A stretch of DNA of 64,000 bases. It comes from Deltaproteobacteria bacterium. Lineage in GTDB: Bacteria; Desulfobacterota; BSN033; UBA1163. The stretch covers positions 1,582 to 65,581 of the forward strand of contig JAGVBT010000120.1 in assembly GCA_020059605.1 (NCBI GenBank), in the 5' to 3' direction. Below, piece by piece: positions 9,025 through 18,246 of this stretch (the stretch's first letter is position 1; the number at the start of each line of letters is the position of its first letter). Under the pieces are notes generated by a model. That model saw nothing but the letters and a program-made list of their open reading frames with translations. It did no database searches and was not told the DNA's origin. The position numbers and the translations under genes are program-made.

Positions 9025-11090
9025 AAGAGTGAGACGAGCCACTGGTGGATGACAAGGATCATCGGACCGAAGACCAACGAGACAACGGTCATCAATTTCA
9101 AGAGGATGTTCATTGACGGACCGGAGGTGTCCTTGAAAGGATCGCCCACCGTATCGCCCACGACAGCGGCCTTGTGAGTATCCGACCCCTTCCCTCCCAG
9201 GTTTCCTTCCTCAATCCATTTCTTTGCATTGTCCCAGGCTCCTCCGGCATTGGCCATCTGTAGCGCAAGGGGAACGCCTGTTGCAAGAGAACCCAACAGC
9301 ATTCCCGCCAGCGCCTCCGGACCGAGGATACTTCCCAGAACAACGGGAATGGCTACGGCCGTTACTCCGGGGGCAACCATCTCCTTTAGCGCGCCAGCTG
9401 TCGTGATGTCAACGCACCGGGCATATTCGGCCCGCGCTGTGCCTTCCATCAATCCTTTGATCTCCCTAAACTGCCTCCGCACCTCTTCCACCACGCTGAA
9501 GGCGGCCCTTCCCACGGCCATCATCGTTGCCCCGGCAAAGTAGTAGGGAATGACGGCGCCGATAAAGACGCCTGCCACAATCTTATAACCTCCTGCCGCA
9601 CTCATGATGTCAATCGAAGTCAGTCCCATCACCTGAGTATAAGAGAGAAAAAGGGCCAGGGCGGTCAATGCGGCAGATCCAATGGCAAAACCCTTTCCGA
9701 CAGCAGCCGTCGTATTCCCGGCGGCATCCAGAGAATCGGTGATCTTCCGGATCTCCTTGCCCATATGCGCCATCTCTGCAATACCCCCGGAATTATCCGC
9801 AATGGGTCCATAGGCGTCCACGGAGACAACCATGCCGGTGATAGCCAGCATCCCGATGGCTGCCAGGGCGATGCCGAAGAAACCGGCCAGATTAAAGGAG
9901 ATAAGGATGGCTATTCCGATGACCATCAGAGGGATAATGGTGCTCCGGCAGCTCAGTGCAAATCCGTGGATGATCGTTGTAGCTGCCCCTGTGATGCTTG
10001 CCTTGGCCAGGGCCTCGACCGACTTTCCCGAGGTATAGTAAAACGCTGTCCACCCGATCACCATCCCTGACACAATGCCTGAAAATGTGGCCAGGAAATA
10101 GGAGAGGTCTTTTCCGAACATTCCCAAGACCAGGATGAGCGCGCCGATGGAATAGAAGATCGCGCTCGAGAGCGTTCCATTATTGAGCGCTTTCCTGGGA
10201 TCGGATTTCTCGTCCGTCCGGACAAAGAAAACTCCAATGATGGAGGCAATAATCCCAATGGCATAGAGGATGAAACAAAGAATGACTCCCTTGATTTTAA
10301 GTTCAGGTGTCGGGAGCGTGGTCACGGCAATGATCACTCCGGAGAGAAGCGAACCGATATAAGATTCATAAAGGTCCGCACCCATGCCGGCCACATCGCC
10401 GACATTGTCTCCCACGTTGTCGGCAATCGTTGCCGGATTTCTCGGGTCGTCCTCCGGAATTCCCGCTTCGACCTTTCCCACCAGGTCTGCGCCTACATCG
10501 GCCGCCTTTGTATAAATCCCTCCTCCTACTCTGGCAAAGAGGGCGACGGAACTTGCGCCCATGCTGAAACCGGCAATGATTCCCGCTGCCTCGGTCATCT
10601 TCTCCACCAATCCGCCCGGTGCAAGCTGTCCTAAAATCAAAAATACAACGGAGAAAACTAAAAGTCCCAATCCAACAACAGTGAGCCCCATCACCGCGCC
10701 GCCCGGAAAGGCGACGGACAAGGCCTGATTAAACCCCCGGGTGGCCGCCTGGGCAGTTCGAGTGTTGGCCCTCGTGGCTATGCTCAATCCTACATATCCG
10801 GCCACCAGGGAGCAGGCCGCTCCTACCAGGTAGGAAAGAGCGGTCAATAGGGAGAAATGCCATCCCTGACCTTTGAGCCCGACGGCCAACAGGATCGCCA
10901 CAATAATCGCAAAGATGGAGATGGCCCTATATTCCCTTTTTAAGAAAGCCATCGCCCCTTCATGGACCGCATCGGAAATGGCAACCATCTGAGGTGTTCC
11001 GGGGTCCTGCCTCATCACCTTTCTGGCCGTGAAGACGACAAAAACCAAAGCAAAAATTCCTGTCAGCGCTGCAACTCCAATCCAGACCAT
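9021..11090 (-). CDS. hppA: K+-stimulated membrane pyrophosphatase (H+/Na+-translocating PPase)
   Basis: 689-aa polytopic ORF with hallmark V-PPase motifs ([36 protein letters not shown]). Confidence 0.95.
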   Translation of the reverse strand: MVWIGVAALTGIFALVFVVFTARKVMRQDPGTPQMVAISDAVHEGAMAFLKREYRAISIFAIIVAILLAVGLKGQGWHFSLLTALSYLVGAACSLVAGYVGLSIATRANTRTAQAATRGFNQALSVAFPGGAVMGLTVVGLGLLVFSVVFLILGQLAPGGLVEKMTEAAGIIAGFSMGASSVALFARVGGGIYTKAADVGADLVGKVEAGIPEDDPRNPATIADNVGDNVGDVAGMGADLYESYIGSLLSGVIIAVTTLPTPELKIKGVILCFILYAIGIIASIIGVFFVRTDEKSDPRKALNNGTLSSAIFYSIGALILVLGMFGKDLSYFLATFSGIVSGMVIGWTAFYYTSGKSVEALAKASITGAATTIIHGFALSCRSTIIPLMVIGIAILISFNLAGFFGIALAAIGMLAITGMVVSVDAYGPIADNSGGIAEMAHMGKEIRKITDSLDAAGNTTAAVGKGFAIGSAALTALALFLSYTQVMGLTSIDIMSAAGGYKIVAGVFIGAVIPYYFAGATMMAVGRAAFSVVEEVRRQFREIKGLMEGTARAEYARCVDITTAGALKEMVAPGVTAVAIPVVLGSILGPEALAGMLLGSLATGVPLALQMANAGGAWDNAKKWIEEGNLGGKGSDTHKAAVVGDTVGDPFKDTSGPSMNILLKLMTVVSLVFGPMILVIHQWLVSLF

Positions 11091-11092
11091 AA

Positions 11093-11674
11093 CTAACCCT
11101 CCTCTGTTCTGATTTTTTTCTGAAACCGGTTCATTGCAAATTGCACCCCTTCCATCAGCGCCACTTTCAAAGCCTCAGCCGCCTGATCGAGGGTCGAATT
11201 TAAAAGGAGTTGTTCGGACACATCAAAGGAGCTTAAAACGTAACTTGCCGGCTCCATTCCTTTTGGAGGTCTTCCGATGCCCACCCTCAATCTCAGAAAG
11301 GTATTTCCCCCTAATAACTCGATGGTGGAGCGAATCCCTAAATGACCCCCATCTCCCCCCCTCATTTTAAAACGGAGCCTCCCGAATGGTAGGTCCAGAT
11401 CATCATGAATGACGATCAAGTCTTCCAGGCCCGACTGAAAAAAATGGATCGCCTTTATAATCGCCTCTCCACTCCGGTTCATAAAGGTCATCGGCTTGAA
11501 AAGAATGACCTTCCGGGCATGAATGGATCCTATTCCGTAAAGGCCGTTTAAGCGCCTCGTGGAGAAGGGTATATGATGGGCTTTGGCGAGTCGGTCCAAC
11601 ACTAAAAAGCCGATATTGTGCCGGCTTTCCTTAAATTGGATACCAGGATTCCCCAATCCCACAATCATTTTCAC
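11093..11674 (-). CDS. pth: Peptidyl-tRNA hydrolase
   Basis: MKMIVGLGNPGIQFKESRHNIGF... canonical Pth N-terminus; 193 aa. Confidence 0.95.
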   Translation of the reverse strand: MKMIVGLGNPGIQFKESRHNIGFLVLDRLAKAHHIPFSTRRLNGLYGIGSIHARKVILFKPMTFMNRSGEAIIKAIHFFQSGLEDLIVIHDDLDLPFGRLRFKMRGGDGGHLGIRSTIELLGGNTFLRLRVGIGRPPKGMEPASYVLSSFDVSEQLLLNSTLDQAAEALKVALMEGVQFAMNRFQKKIRTEEG

Positions 11675-11680
11675 ATTCGA

Positions 11681-12325
11681 TTACTCTTTCTCCTCCTTCT
11701 CCTTACCCTCTGTGCCTTCAGGAGCCTCTACAGCAATCTCTTCCGCCTTTTTCTCCTCCGCTAAGGGTGGCACGACGGTGGCAATGGTAAAGTTCGCTTC
11801 CGTTAAGATCTTCGCCTTCTCCACCTGAACGCCTTTGACATGAACGGAATCGCCGATTTTTAACGAACTCACATCGATATCGATGCTTTTGGGGATATCG
11901 CCGGGAAGACATTCAATTTCAATGGCCCTCCGGACCTGCTCAAGGATGCCCCCCATCTTCGTCCCCTCCGGTTTTCCTACGAGATGGATCGGAACCTCCA
12001 CGGTGACGAACACATCCATGGCAACCTCATAAAAGTCGGTGTGCAGGGGTTTCTTCTGCAGGGCGTCGAACTGGAGTTCCTTCACCATCACGACCTTTCT
12101 CTCGGATTGGTCGTCCTTCCTGATTTCAAGATCGATCAATACATTGCCCCCGGCCTCGGTTTGAAGGGAACGTAATAACTCCTTTGGATCGACGGTCAGG
12201 GGAATCGTCCGGGCATGGCTTCCGTAAAAGACGGCGGGAATAAATCCCTTTGCCCTGAGTTTCCTCGACGTCCCTTTGCCTGTCCCTTCTCTCATTTCCG
12301 CTCTTACAACAGGTCTTTCCATCAT
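11681..12325 (-). CDS. rplY: 50S ribosomal protein L25 / general stress protein Ctc
   Basis: REGTGKGTSRKLRAKGFIPAVFYG motif; acidic C-terminal tail; conserved position between pth and prs. Confidence 0.9.
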   Translation of the reverse strand: MMERPVVRAEMREGTGKGTSRKLRAKGFIPAVFYGSHARTIPLTVDPKELLRSLQTEAGGNVLIDLEIRKDDQSERKVVMVKELQFDALQKKPLHTDFYEVAMDVFVTVEVPIHLVGKPEGTKMGGILEQVRRAIEIECLPGDIPKSIDIDVSSLKIGDSVHVKGVQVEKAKILTEANFTIATVVPPLAEEKKAEEIAVEAPEGTEGKEKEEKE

Positions 12326-12386
12326 CTCTTTCTCCTTGTTTTTCCCATTCCTCCCGCCAAGAGATTGAAGGAGAGGGATTTTTTAT

Positions 12387-13346
12387 TTAGATAAACAGAC
12401 AACTCACCGATTCATCTTCGTAGATCCTGCGGATCGCATCCGCAAGGAGGCTCGATACCGAAAGGACCTTGATCTTGGGGCACGCCTTCGCTTCTTGACT
12501 CAGGGGGATCGTATCGGTCACCACGATCTCCTCGAAGGGGGCCTCGGAAAGGATCTCCACGGCCCTTCCGGAAAGCACGGGATGGGTGCAACACGCATAG
12601 ACGCCCTTAGCCCCTTTCTCCATCAGGGCATAAGCGGCCCGGGCCAATGTCCCCCCCGTATCCGCCAGGTCATCCACCAGGATGGCAACCATCCCTGATA
12701 CATCCCCGATGATATTCATCACCTGAGAGACATTCGGCGACTCCCTTCTCTTATCGATGATGGCCAAGGAGGCATTCATCCGTTTGGCATAGGCCCTCGC
12801 CCTCTCCACCCCCCCTGCATCCGGGGAAACGATCACAAGATCGTTCTTCAACTGCTTCAAATACTCTAAAAGGACGGGCGCCGCAAAGAGGTGATCCACG
12901 GGGATATTAAAAAACCCCTGAATCTGGCCGGCATGAAGGTCGACCGTCAGAATCCGTGAGGCTCCGGCCGTCGTAATCAGGTCCGCAATCAACTTGGCAG
13001 TAATGGGCGCGCGGGGGGAGACTTTCCGGTCCTGCCTGGCATATCCGTAGTAGGGCAACACCGCGGTGATTCTTTCGGCGGAGGCCCTTTTTAACGCATC
13101 GATCAGGATGAGAAGCTCCATCAGGTTATTATTCACAGGATGACAGATCGACTGGACCACAAAGACATCCATCCCGCGGACACTCTCGTTAATCTCAACA
13201 TTGATCTCCCCGTCGCTGAAGTTCTTCACTATGGACTTCCCGATGGATGTTCCCAGATCCCTGGTGATCTTCTCTACCAGATCGATATTCGAGTTCCCGG
13301 TGAAGATCTTCAGCCAGTCAAGATTCTTGTCCTCTTCCAATATCAC
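12387..13346 (-). CDS. prs: Ribose-phosphate pyrophosphokinase
   Basis: KIFTGNSN...SDGEINVEI... and the PRPP-binding loop [10 protein letters not shown]; start placed at GTG 13346 (AAGGTGAG RBS); the longer track ORF carries a 53-aa non-homologous extension. Confidence 0.85.
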   Translation of the reverse strand: MILEEDKNLDWLKIFTGNSNIDLVEKITRDLGTSIGKSIVKNFSDGEINVEINESVRGMDVFVVQSICHPVNNNLMELLILIDALKRASAERITAVLPYYGYARQDRKVSPRAPITAKLIADLITTAGASRILTVDLHAGQIQGFFNIPVDHLFAAPVLLEYLKQLKNDLVIVSPDAGGVERARAYAKRMNASLAIIDKRRESPNVSQVMNIIGDVSGMVAILVDDLADTGGTLARAAYALMEKGAKGVYACCTHPVLSGRAVEILSEAPFEEIVVTDTIPLSQEAKACPKIKVLSVSSLLADAIRRIYEDESVSCLFI

Positions 13347-13422
13347 TCTTCTTCTCACCTTCGAACCCCCTGGTCCCCGAACGCGGAAAGGGGAAGGCTT
13401 TCCGCTTCCGTCGAGGCATAAA

Positions 13423-13444
13423 AATTGGCTGGGGTGGGAGGATG
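13423..13444. repeat. 22-bp direct repeat of the tRNA-Gln 3' end (aaattggctggggtgggaggat); att-like scar
   Basis: Identical 22-mer at 13547-13568, covering the tRNA 3' terminal 18 nt plus 4 nt of flank; 103 bp separate the copies. Confidence 0.6.
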
Positions 13445-13550
13445 TGCTCGATCGCTCCGCTCCCTCCGCCTCCCTCCGGTCGCCGAACCTGATTCCCCTC
13501 CTCACGTCGGGGAAAGGTTCTCATCCCCCTTACCACTCATTTCAATAAAT

Positions 13551-13625
13551 TGGCTGGGGTGGGAGGATTCGAACCTCCGAGTCCAGGTTCCAAAGACCTG
13601 TGTCTTACCGCTTGACGACACCCCA
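13551..13625 (-). tRNA. tRNA-Gln (anticodon UUG), CCA encoded
   Basis: Folded by hand: acceptor TGGGGTG/CACCCCA, anticodon stem CAGGT/ACCTG, loop CTTTGGA, T-arm GGAGG-TTCGAAT-CCTCC, discriminator G plus CCA. Confidence 0.85.
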
Positions 13626-13635
13626 ATCTTAAACC

Positions 13636-13692
13636 ATAAATCCGAAATTCGAATATCGAATCTCGAAACAAATCCGAATGTTCAAATGACAA
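13636..13692. repeat. Family A repeat, half-length copy
   Basis: ataaatccgaaattcgaatatcgaatctcgaaacaaatccgaatgttcaaatgac. Confidence 0.6.
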
Positions 13693-13733
13693 AGGAGTAG
13701 AGGCTTTCATGTTCGGATACCGATAATATCTCT

Positions 13734-14705
13734 TTAGGGGATCCCTTGAGCCTGGATGATCTTCCACCCTTTTGCTCCCGCCCTCCTCTTCAGCTTCCGG
13801 TATGCTTCTGTCGCCTCTTCTTTTGCGGGAAAGAGGCCAAATACCGTCGGACCGCTTCCGGTCATCATGGTTCCCATTGCCCCGGCAGAAACAAGCATCC
13901 CCTTCATGGAGCCTATTTCCGTATATTTTTCCGAAACAATCCCCTCAAGATCGTTCCGAAGGAAGCGGGCAATTCGAACCGGGGACTTGAATAACCCATG
14001 AAGATTAAAATGATATTTTGTCTTTGTCAACCCTTCGACCCCCCGGTATAATTGCTTGGATTTGCTCAGGGTTGACCCTGAACGAGACTTTTTCACCTCG
14101 TTTTTAAAAGCTGGACTTTGTGTTGCCGAGGGCGTCAATCGGGAATTTTTATATGCCCAGCGAGTTGAAACCTCGAAATTCGGATAGATGAGAACATACC
14201 ATAATGGAGGTAGTGCCATTTTTCTCAATCTTTCTCCGATGCCTGACCCGAGGGCGGAACCTTCAAACAGGAAGAAAGGAACATCCGCCCCTATCTTAGC
14301 CCCCACTTCCATTAACTCTTTTCTGTTTAGATTTATCTTAAGAAGACGGTTTAATGCCTCGATAGCGGCAGCGGCATTACTGCTCCCCCCTCCGAGCCCG
14401 GCACCGAGAGGAATATTCTTTTCTATTGAAACCTCCACCCCTCCCCTGTAATCCGACCGCCCTATCATCGATAGAAGGGCCTGATAGACCAGGTTCCTTT
14501 TTCCGGTCGGAAGACCGGGATGGTTTGTGGCAATCCGGATCCCCCTCTCTCGTTTCAAGGAGAAACGGAGCCTGTCGTAGAGGCTGATTTTCTGGAGGAT
14601 GGTCCTGATCTCATGGTATCCATCCTCCCTCTTTCTAATCATTTCCAGTCTCAGATTGATTTTAGCAGGGGCATCTGATTCAAGCGTTCCAAGCATCTCA
14701 GCCAA
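13734..14705 (-). CDS. ispE: 4-diphosphocytidyl-2-C-methyl-D-erythritol kinase, carrying an in-frame insertion of about 40 codons
   Basis: AKINLRL, GHMP motifs IPLGAGLGGGSSNAAAA and GAMGTMMTGSGPTVFGLF; 323 aa against roughly 280 aa typical; the extra segment is AT-rich and Lys/Ser/Thr-rich (about 13990-14125). Confidence 0.85.
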   Translation of the reverse strand: MAEMLGTLESDAPAKINLRLEMIRKREDGYHEIRTILQKISLYDRLRFSLKRERGIRIATNHPGLPTGKRNLVYQALLSMIGRSDYRGGVEVSIEKNIPLGAGLGGGSSNAAAAIEALNRLLKINLNRKELMEVGAKIGADVPFFLFEGSALGSGIGERLRKMALPPLWYVLIYPNFEVSTRWAYKNSRLTPSATQSPAFKNEVKKSRSGSTLSKSKQLYRGVEGLTKTKYHFNLHGLFKSPVRIARFLRNDLEGIVSEKYTEIGSMKGMLVSAGAMGTMMTGSGPTVFGLFPAKEEATEAYRKLKRRAGAKGWKIIQAQGIP

Positions 14706-14797
14706 TCACTTGTTAAAACGGATAAATCCTTAAACTCTCAAGACCTTACCATACGACGAAACGGGCTCCGTCACCCTTCCCTTTAAACCAAAATCGC

Positions 14798-15265
14798 CTA
14801 TTGGGACGGGGGAAGGATTTTGATCTCGATCGGTCCCACCCGGATTTCAATTCTCTTCGTATCATCATCCTGGGGAAGGATATAGATGACGCTGCTCCAT
14901 CCCTCTTTAATAAAGGTAAGCATCACATTGTGGAGTTCGAAATTACTCACCATTCTCCAACCGTGGTTCGGCATCTGTCGTTTGAAGAAATTGGCCAGTT
15001 GCTCCATCTCCCCTTTTCCCTCGTAGACAAGGAGGCCGGTCCGGGTTGCTTTTGTTTCATAGACAAAAGATCCTCTTCTGTTCAGGCTCAAGCCGGGAGG
15101 CAACGGGATATCATCAAAACGATAAGACGTGGCAATCGCCTGCTCCTTCACCGGTTCCCTCTCGCGAATCGTCTGATAGGAGATGAAGTCCCCGCATCCA
15201 TAGGCTCCCATGAACATAGGAAGCATCATTCCTGCCCAGAACAAACGTTTCCATTTTCTCATCAT
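14798..15265 (-). CDS. Putative lipoprotein, function unknown
   Basis: Signal peptide with a lipobox (MFMGAYGC); 155 aa. Confidence 0.55.
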   Translation of the reverse strand: MMRKWKRLFWAGMMLPMFMGAYGCGDFISYQTIREREPVKEQAIATSYRFDDIPLPPGLSLNRRGSFVYETKATRTGLLVYEGKGEMEQLANFFKRQMPNHGWRMVSNFELHNVMLTFIKEGWSSVIYILPQDDDTKRIEIRVGPIEIKILPPSQ

Positions 15266-15451
15266 CTGGCTCCTCCTTTATCTTTTTTCAATATCATAGG
15301 AGAGGTTATTATTTTTTTCAAGGGGTTTGTCGGATCGGGAGGATGGAACGATTCGTTCCCATTAAAAAAGGAAGGGGATTGGGTATGTCGGACGAATGGG
15401 ACATCCCTTCCCCCGCCTTCATCGAGGAGACAAAGGCAGGGAAAGGGTGAT

Positions 15452-15670
15452 TTATGCCGTCTCCACGCTTTTCACCTCCGGGACCTGTTGCTTTAGAACT
15501 TTCTCCACGCCCATTTTCAGGGTCATCTGGGACATGGGGCACCCTCCGCAGGCTCCGGTTAGCCTCACCTTCACCACACCATCAACCACATCGACCAATT
15601 CGATATCGCCTCCATCCGCCATAAGGGCGGGGCGAATCTTTTCCAATGCCTTCTCCACGCTTTCTCTCAT
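15452..15670 (-). CDS. NifU-like Fe-S cluster assembly domain protein (Nfu type)
   Basis: 72 aa; GGDIELVDVVDGVVKVRLTGACGGCPMS CxxC motif of the NifU C-terminal domain. Confidence 0.8.
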   Translation of the reverse strand: MRESVEKALEKIRPALMADGGDIELVDVVDGVVKVRLTGACGGCPMSQMTLKMGVEKVLKQQVPEVKSVETA

Positions 15671-15761
15671 CTCTTTTCACCTCCTCCCAGGCTCGCCATC
15701 AATACCCTTCTCCTGTTTCTTTTCCTAAAATTATCATAACACAAAATATTGGAATGTCGAC

Positions 15762-15800
15762 AAAATAAAAAGCCCTCCCTGAGGGGAAGGCCTTCGGCAG
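15762..15800 (-). terminator. Putative intrinsic terminator downstream of the Cys-rich gene pair
   Basis: Minus strand GCCTTCCCCTCAGGGAGGGC hairpin followed by TTTTTATTTTG. Confidence 0.45.
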
Positions 15801-15835
15801 AACATTCCATTCTCTTCCTGGACTTCCGTCTTATC

Positions 15836-16027
15836 TTAATTCCCCTTTTTCTCCATCTCCTCCAGTTTCGACCGGAGATGCTTCTTGAGGGCATCGGGTC
15901 TCTCGCAGAACAACACATCTCCCTCGCAGGTCGCACTGCCACTGTCGATATCACAGTAGCCGATTCCTTTCCCCATGCCTAAACTGTCCGGTTTTCTAAA
16001 TAGGGGACATTTCTTGCCCTCTACCAT
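15836..16027 (-). CDS. Small cysteine-rich protein (63 aa), paralog 2; C-x19-C-x9-C-x7-C
   Basis: MVEGKKCPLFRK...GYCDIDSGSATCEGDVLFCERPD; its ATG overlaps the upstream paralog's stop (ATGGTAG); same Cys spacing as paralog 1. Confidence 0.6.
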   Translation of the reverse strand: MVEGKKCPLFRKPDSLGMGKGIGYCDIDSGSATCEGDVLFCERPDALKKHLRSKLEEMEKKGN

Positions 16028-16218
16028 CTTTGGCCTCCTTCCCGTCTCTTTTCCTCCAGCAAATGTTTTCTGAAGAGATCGACCTTCTTGCATGCATGGA
16101 TATTACCCCTGCAGACCATCCAGTCATGGTCAAGATCGCAATACCCCCTGAAGCCACTCCCTTTCGAATGGCCGTACTCTCGATAAAAAGAACATTTCTT
16201 AAAACCCAACACTTTCAT
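16021..16218 (-). CDS. Small cysteine-rich protein (65 aa), paralog 1; C-x19-C-x9-C-x7-C
   Basis: MKVLGFKKCSFYREYGHSKGSGFRGYCDLDHDWMVCRGNIHACKKVD; AAGGGAG RBS 4 nt before the ATG. Confidence 0.6.
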   Translation of the reverse strand: MKVLGFKKCSFYREYGHSKGSGFRGYCDLDHDWMVCRGNIHACKKVDLFRKHLLEEKRREGGQRW

Positions 16219-16248
16219 CTCCCTTGAGCTGTAATATAAAAACCAAGT

Positions 16249-16279
16249 AAAAAACCCGTGGATGGAGGAATACCACGGG
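16249..16279 (-). terminator. Intrinsic terminator or attenuator hairpin 20 nt upstream of the RBS of Cys-rich paralog 1
   Basis: Minus strand CCCGUGG-UAUUCCUCCAU-CCACGGG followed by UUUUUU. Confidence 0.6.
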
Positions 16280-16725
16280 TTGACGGTCCAATCTCCACTT
16301 CGGCAACCCGGCTATCCAAGGGATTTGCTATTGCAAATCCACCAAAGACCACCTTTAGTTTTTAGCCAAAGGTAAGAAACCAATTTTGGCTTCTTCTTGG
16401 ACCCGTGCCTGCACGCCTTAGTGCCAGCCAATATTAGGCAGGTATTTCGGCTTGCAAGCACTCCTGCATCCTGTTTTGCCTGACTGCTGTAGTCAGGCGT
16501 TTCGGCACGCAGGCGTGGCTTTCCGTCCCACGATTACTCGTGGTTTGGCTTTATCGAAAATTTTAAGATATTTCTTTTGGTGAGATAATCAGCAATTATA
16601 ATGCCAATCCGGCATTCAGGATGAAACCTTTTGAATTCAATAGAGTATGTTGAAGAGTGGAATTTCAGGAAGAATGAATACTGCCTTTTTTTGTTTCCCT
16701 AAGAAAAATTTTTACTGAGGAAGGA
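16280..16725 (-). ncRNA. ORF-free structured leader or sRNA candidate; possible riboswitch or attenuator for the Cys-rich gene pair
   Basis: About 450 nt with no ORF of 60 aa or more in any frame in a genome that is otherwise densely coding; several stable hairpins (AGCCAAA...TTTGGCT, CCTGACT-n5-AGTCAGG, GGATTTGC-n4-GCAAATCC); ends in the terminator hairpin directly upstream of an RBS. Confidence 0.35.
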
Positions 16726-17127
16726 TTAACGAAAAACCCATTCCGGGATCGTGTAGGCCTCATCGGGCTTCAATTTTTTCGTAAATCTTCCGAAGCCGTC
16801 CGGATCCAGGAGAAGGTAATCGACCGGTGGCTCACGGTCCCTGTCCACCGCATAGGCAAACACTTTCCCGTTCCCACTGATCCTGGCCACATGACCTCCA
16901 TCAGGGGTATAAAATCGCTCTACGATCTTCTCCGTTCCATCCGCTTTCTGTATGGCGATGGAGTAAGGAACAAGGCTTTTCAAATCAGGAACACCCCACC
17001 CTTCCTGGTTGATCTCCTCGCCGTAGGCATGGATCAAGACCGCCAGCATCCCGAATAAGAAAATACTCATCGTGGGTATCGATTTTATCTTTTTTATCAT
17101 TAGCATTGCCCCTTGGCCATGGAACAT
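16726..17127 (-). CDS. Secreted hypothetical protein
   Basis: Signal-peptide-like MLMIKKIKSIPTMSIFLFGMLAVLIHAYG; the start is ambiguous (ATG at 17127, 17106 or 17100); the track ORF overlaps trxB. Confidence 0.5.
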   Translation of the reverse strand: MFHGQGAMLMIKKIKSIPTMSIFLFGMLAVLIHAYGEEINQEGWGVPDLKSLVPYSIAIQKADGTEKIVERFYTPDGGHVARISGNGKVFAYAVDRDREPPVDYLLLDPDGFGRFTKKLKPDEAYTIPEWVFR

Positions 17128-17140
17128 TGAGAATTGGGAA

Positions 17141-18076
17141 TTATCCTCCTTCCAGATATTTCTCGGCGGCGAAGGCCGCCGTTGCCCCATCTCCCACGGA
17201 GGTCGAAATCTGCCTTAGCAATTTCTTCCGGCAATCCCCCGCGGCAAAAATGCCCTTGACCGAGGTCTCGCAATTCTCATTCGTGATGATATAACCTGCC
17301 TCATCCTTCTTCACCAGGTCTTTTAAAAACTGGGTTCTCGGCATCAGCCCGATGAAGAGAAAAGCACCTTCGGCCTCCACTTCTTTCACTTCTCCCGTCG
17401 TCACATCCTTGACAGAGACCGAGCGAACCACGCTGTCCCCTTTGATCTCCTGGACCACGGAATTCCACAGGAATTTGATCTTTGGATGGCTAAGCACCCT
17501 CTCCTGATAGATCTTTGTCGCCCGGAGCGCATCTCTTCGATGAATGATGGTCAACTCTTTGACAAACTTCGTGAGGAAAAGGGCTTCTGTGAGCGCCGAG
17601 TCCCCGCCGCCCACAACGACAATCCGGCTGTCCCTGAAAAAGGCCCCGTCACAGGTCGCACAGTAGGAGATCCCTTTCCCCCTAAATGCCTCTTCGCCGG
17701 GAACGCCCAATTTCCGGTATTCGGTTCCGGTGCAGATGATGAGAGCCCGGCAGAAAAATTCTCCCTCATAGGTCTTCACCCTTTTTAGGTCTTTCTCTAA
17801 ACTTATCTCTGTCACCTCGTCGCTGATGGCCTCCATTCCGAATCGCTTTGCCTGTTCCTCCATGAGGCGGCTTAACTCCTCGCCGCTTACCCCTTGCGGG
17901 AAACCGGGGTAGTTCTCAATCAATTCCGTGGTCGTCATCTGACCTCCGAAGAGGCCGTTTTCAATCAAAAGGGTTCGGAGCCTTGCCCTCGAGACATAAA
18001 GCCCTGCGGTCATGCCCGCCGGTCCTCCTCCGATAATGATCACCTCATAAGGCCCCGCTTGTTTCTCTTCCATCAC
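17141..18076 (-). CDS. trxB: Thioredoxin-disulfide reductase
   Basis: GGGPAG FAD motif, redox-active CATCDG, NADPH motif VVGGGDSA. Confidence 0.95.
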   Translation of the reverse strand: MMEEKQAGPYEVIIIGGGPAGMTAGLYVSRARLRTLLIENGLFGGQMTTTELIENYPGFPQGVSGEELSRLMEEQAKRFGMEAISDEVTEISLEKDLKRVKTYEGEFFCRALIICTGTEYRKLGVPGEEAFRGKGISYCATCDGAFFRDSRIVVVGGGDSALTEALFLTKFVKELTIIHRRDALRATKIYQERVLSHPKIKFLWNSVVQEIKGDSVVRSVSVKDVTTGEVKEVEAEGAFLFIGLMPRTQFLKDLVKKDEAGYIITNENCETSVKGIFAAGDCRKKLLRQISTSVGDGATAAFAAEKYLEGG

Positions 18077-18151
18077 GCTCTCCTCTTTTAATCTTTAATA
18101 CTTTATAGTCGGATAGATTATTCTTTGTCAATGATTCCGGTGGACAACTTT

Positions 18152-18179
18152 GTGGGGGCAATTCATGAATTGCCCCCAC
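18152..18179. repeat. 28-bp perfect palindrome GTGGGGGCAATTCATGAATTGCCCCCAC (copy 1) in the divergent trxB/ndk promoter region
   Basis: Read directly; a second copy sits at 44311-44338 with a symmetric flank change. Confidence 0.8.
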
Positions 18180-18246
18180 GTGTCTTGACAAGGAAGTTTT
18201 GAGAAAGATAGATTATGATTAAATCATCTGTGGACAGGAGGATTAA

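Noticed and set aside
13425-13767. ORFs 13425-13700 (+) and 13537-13767 (-)
   Set aside because: They overlap the hand-folded tRNA-Gln and the repeat element. No coding signal.
14165-14188. Family-A-like motif cctcgaaattcggat inside ispE
   Set aside because: It encodes the conserved IYPNFEVS segment of IspE, so the resemblance to the TTCGAA repeats is probably coincidental. Only the AT-rich block 13990-14125 is treated as an insertion.
16228-16725. Possibility that the ORF-free 500 nt is RNase P RNA, tmRNA, 6S or SRP RNA
   Set aside because: I looked for the RNase P P4 GGAAAGUCCGG motif, the tmRNA tRNA-like 3' end with tag ORF, and the SRP GGAA/AGCAG motifs on both strands and found none. 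It is kept only as an unclassified leader/sRNA candidate.
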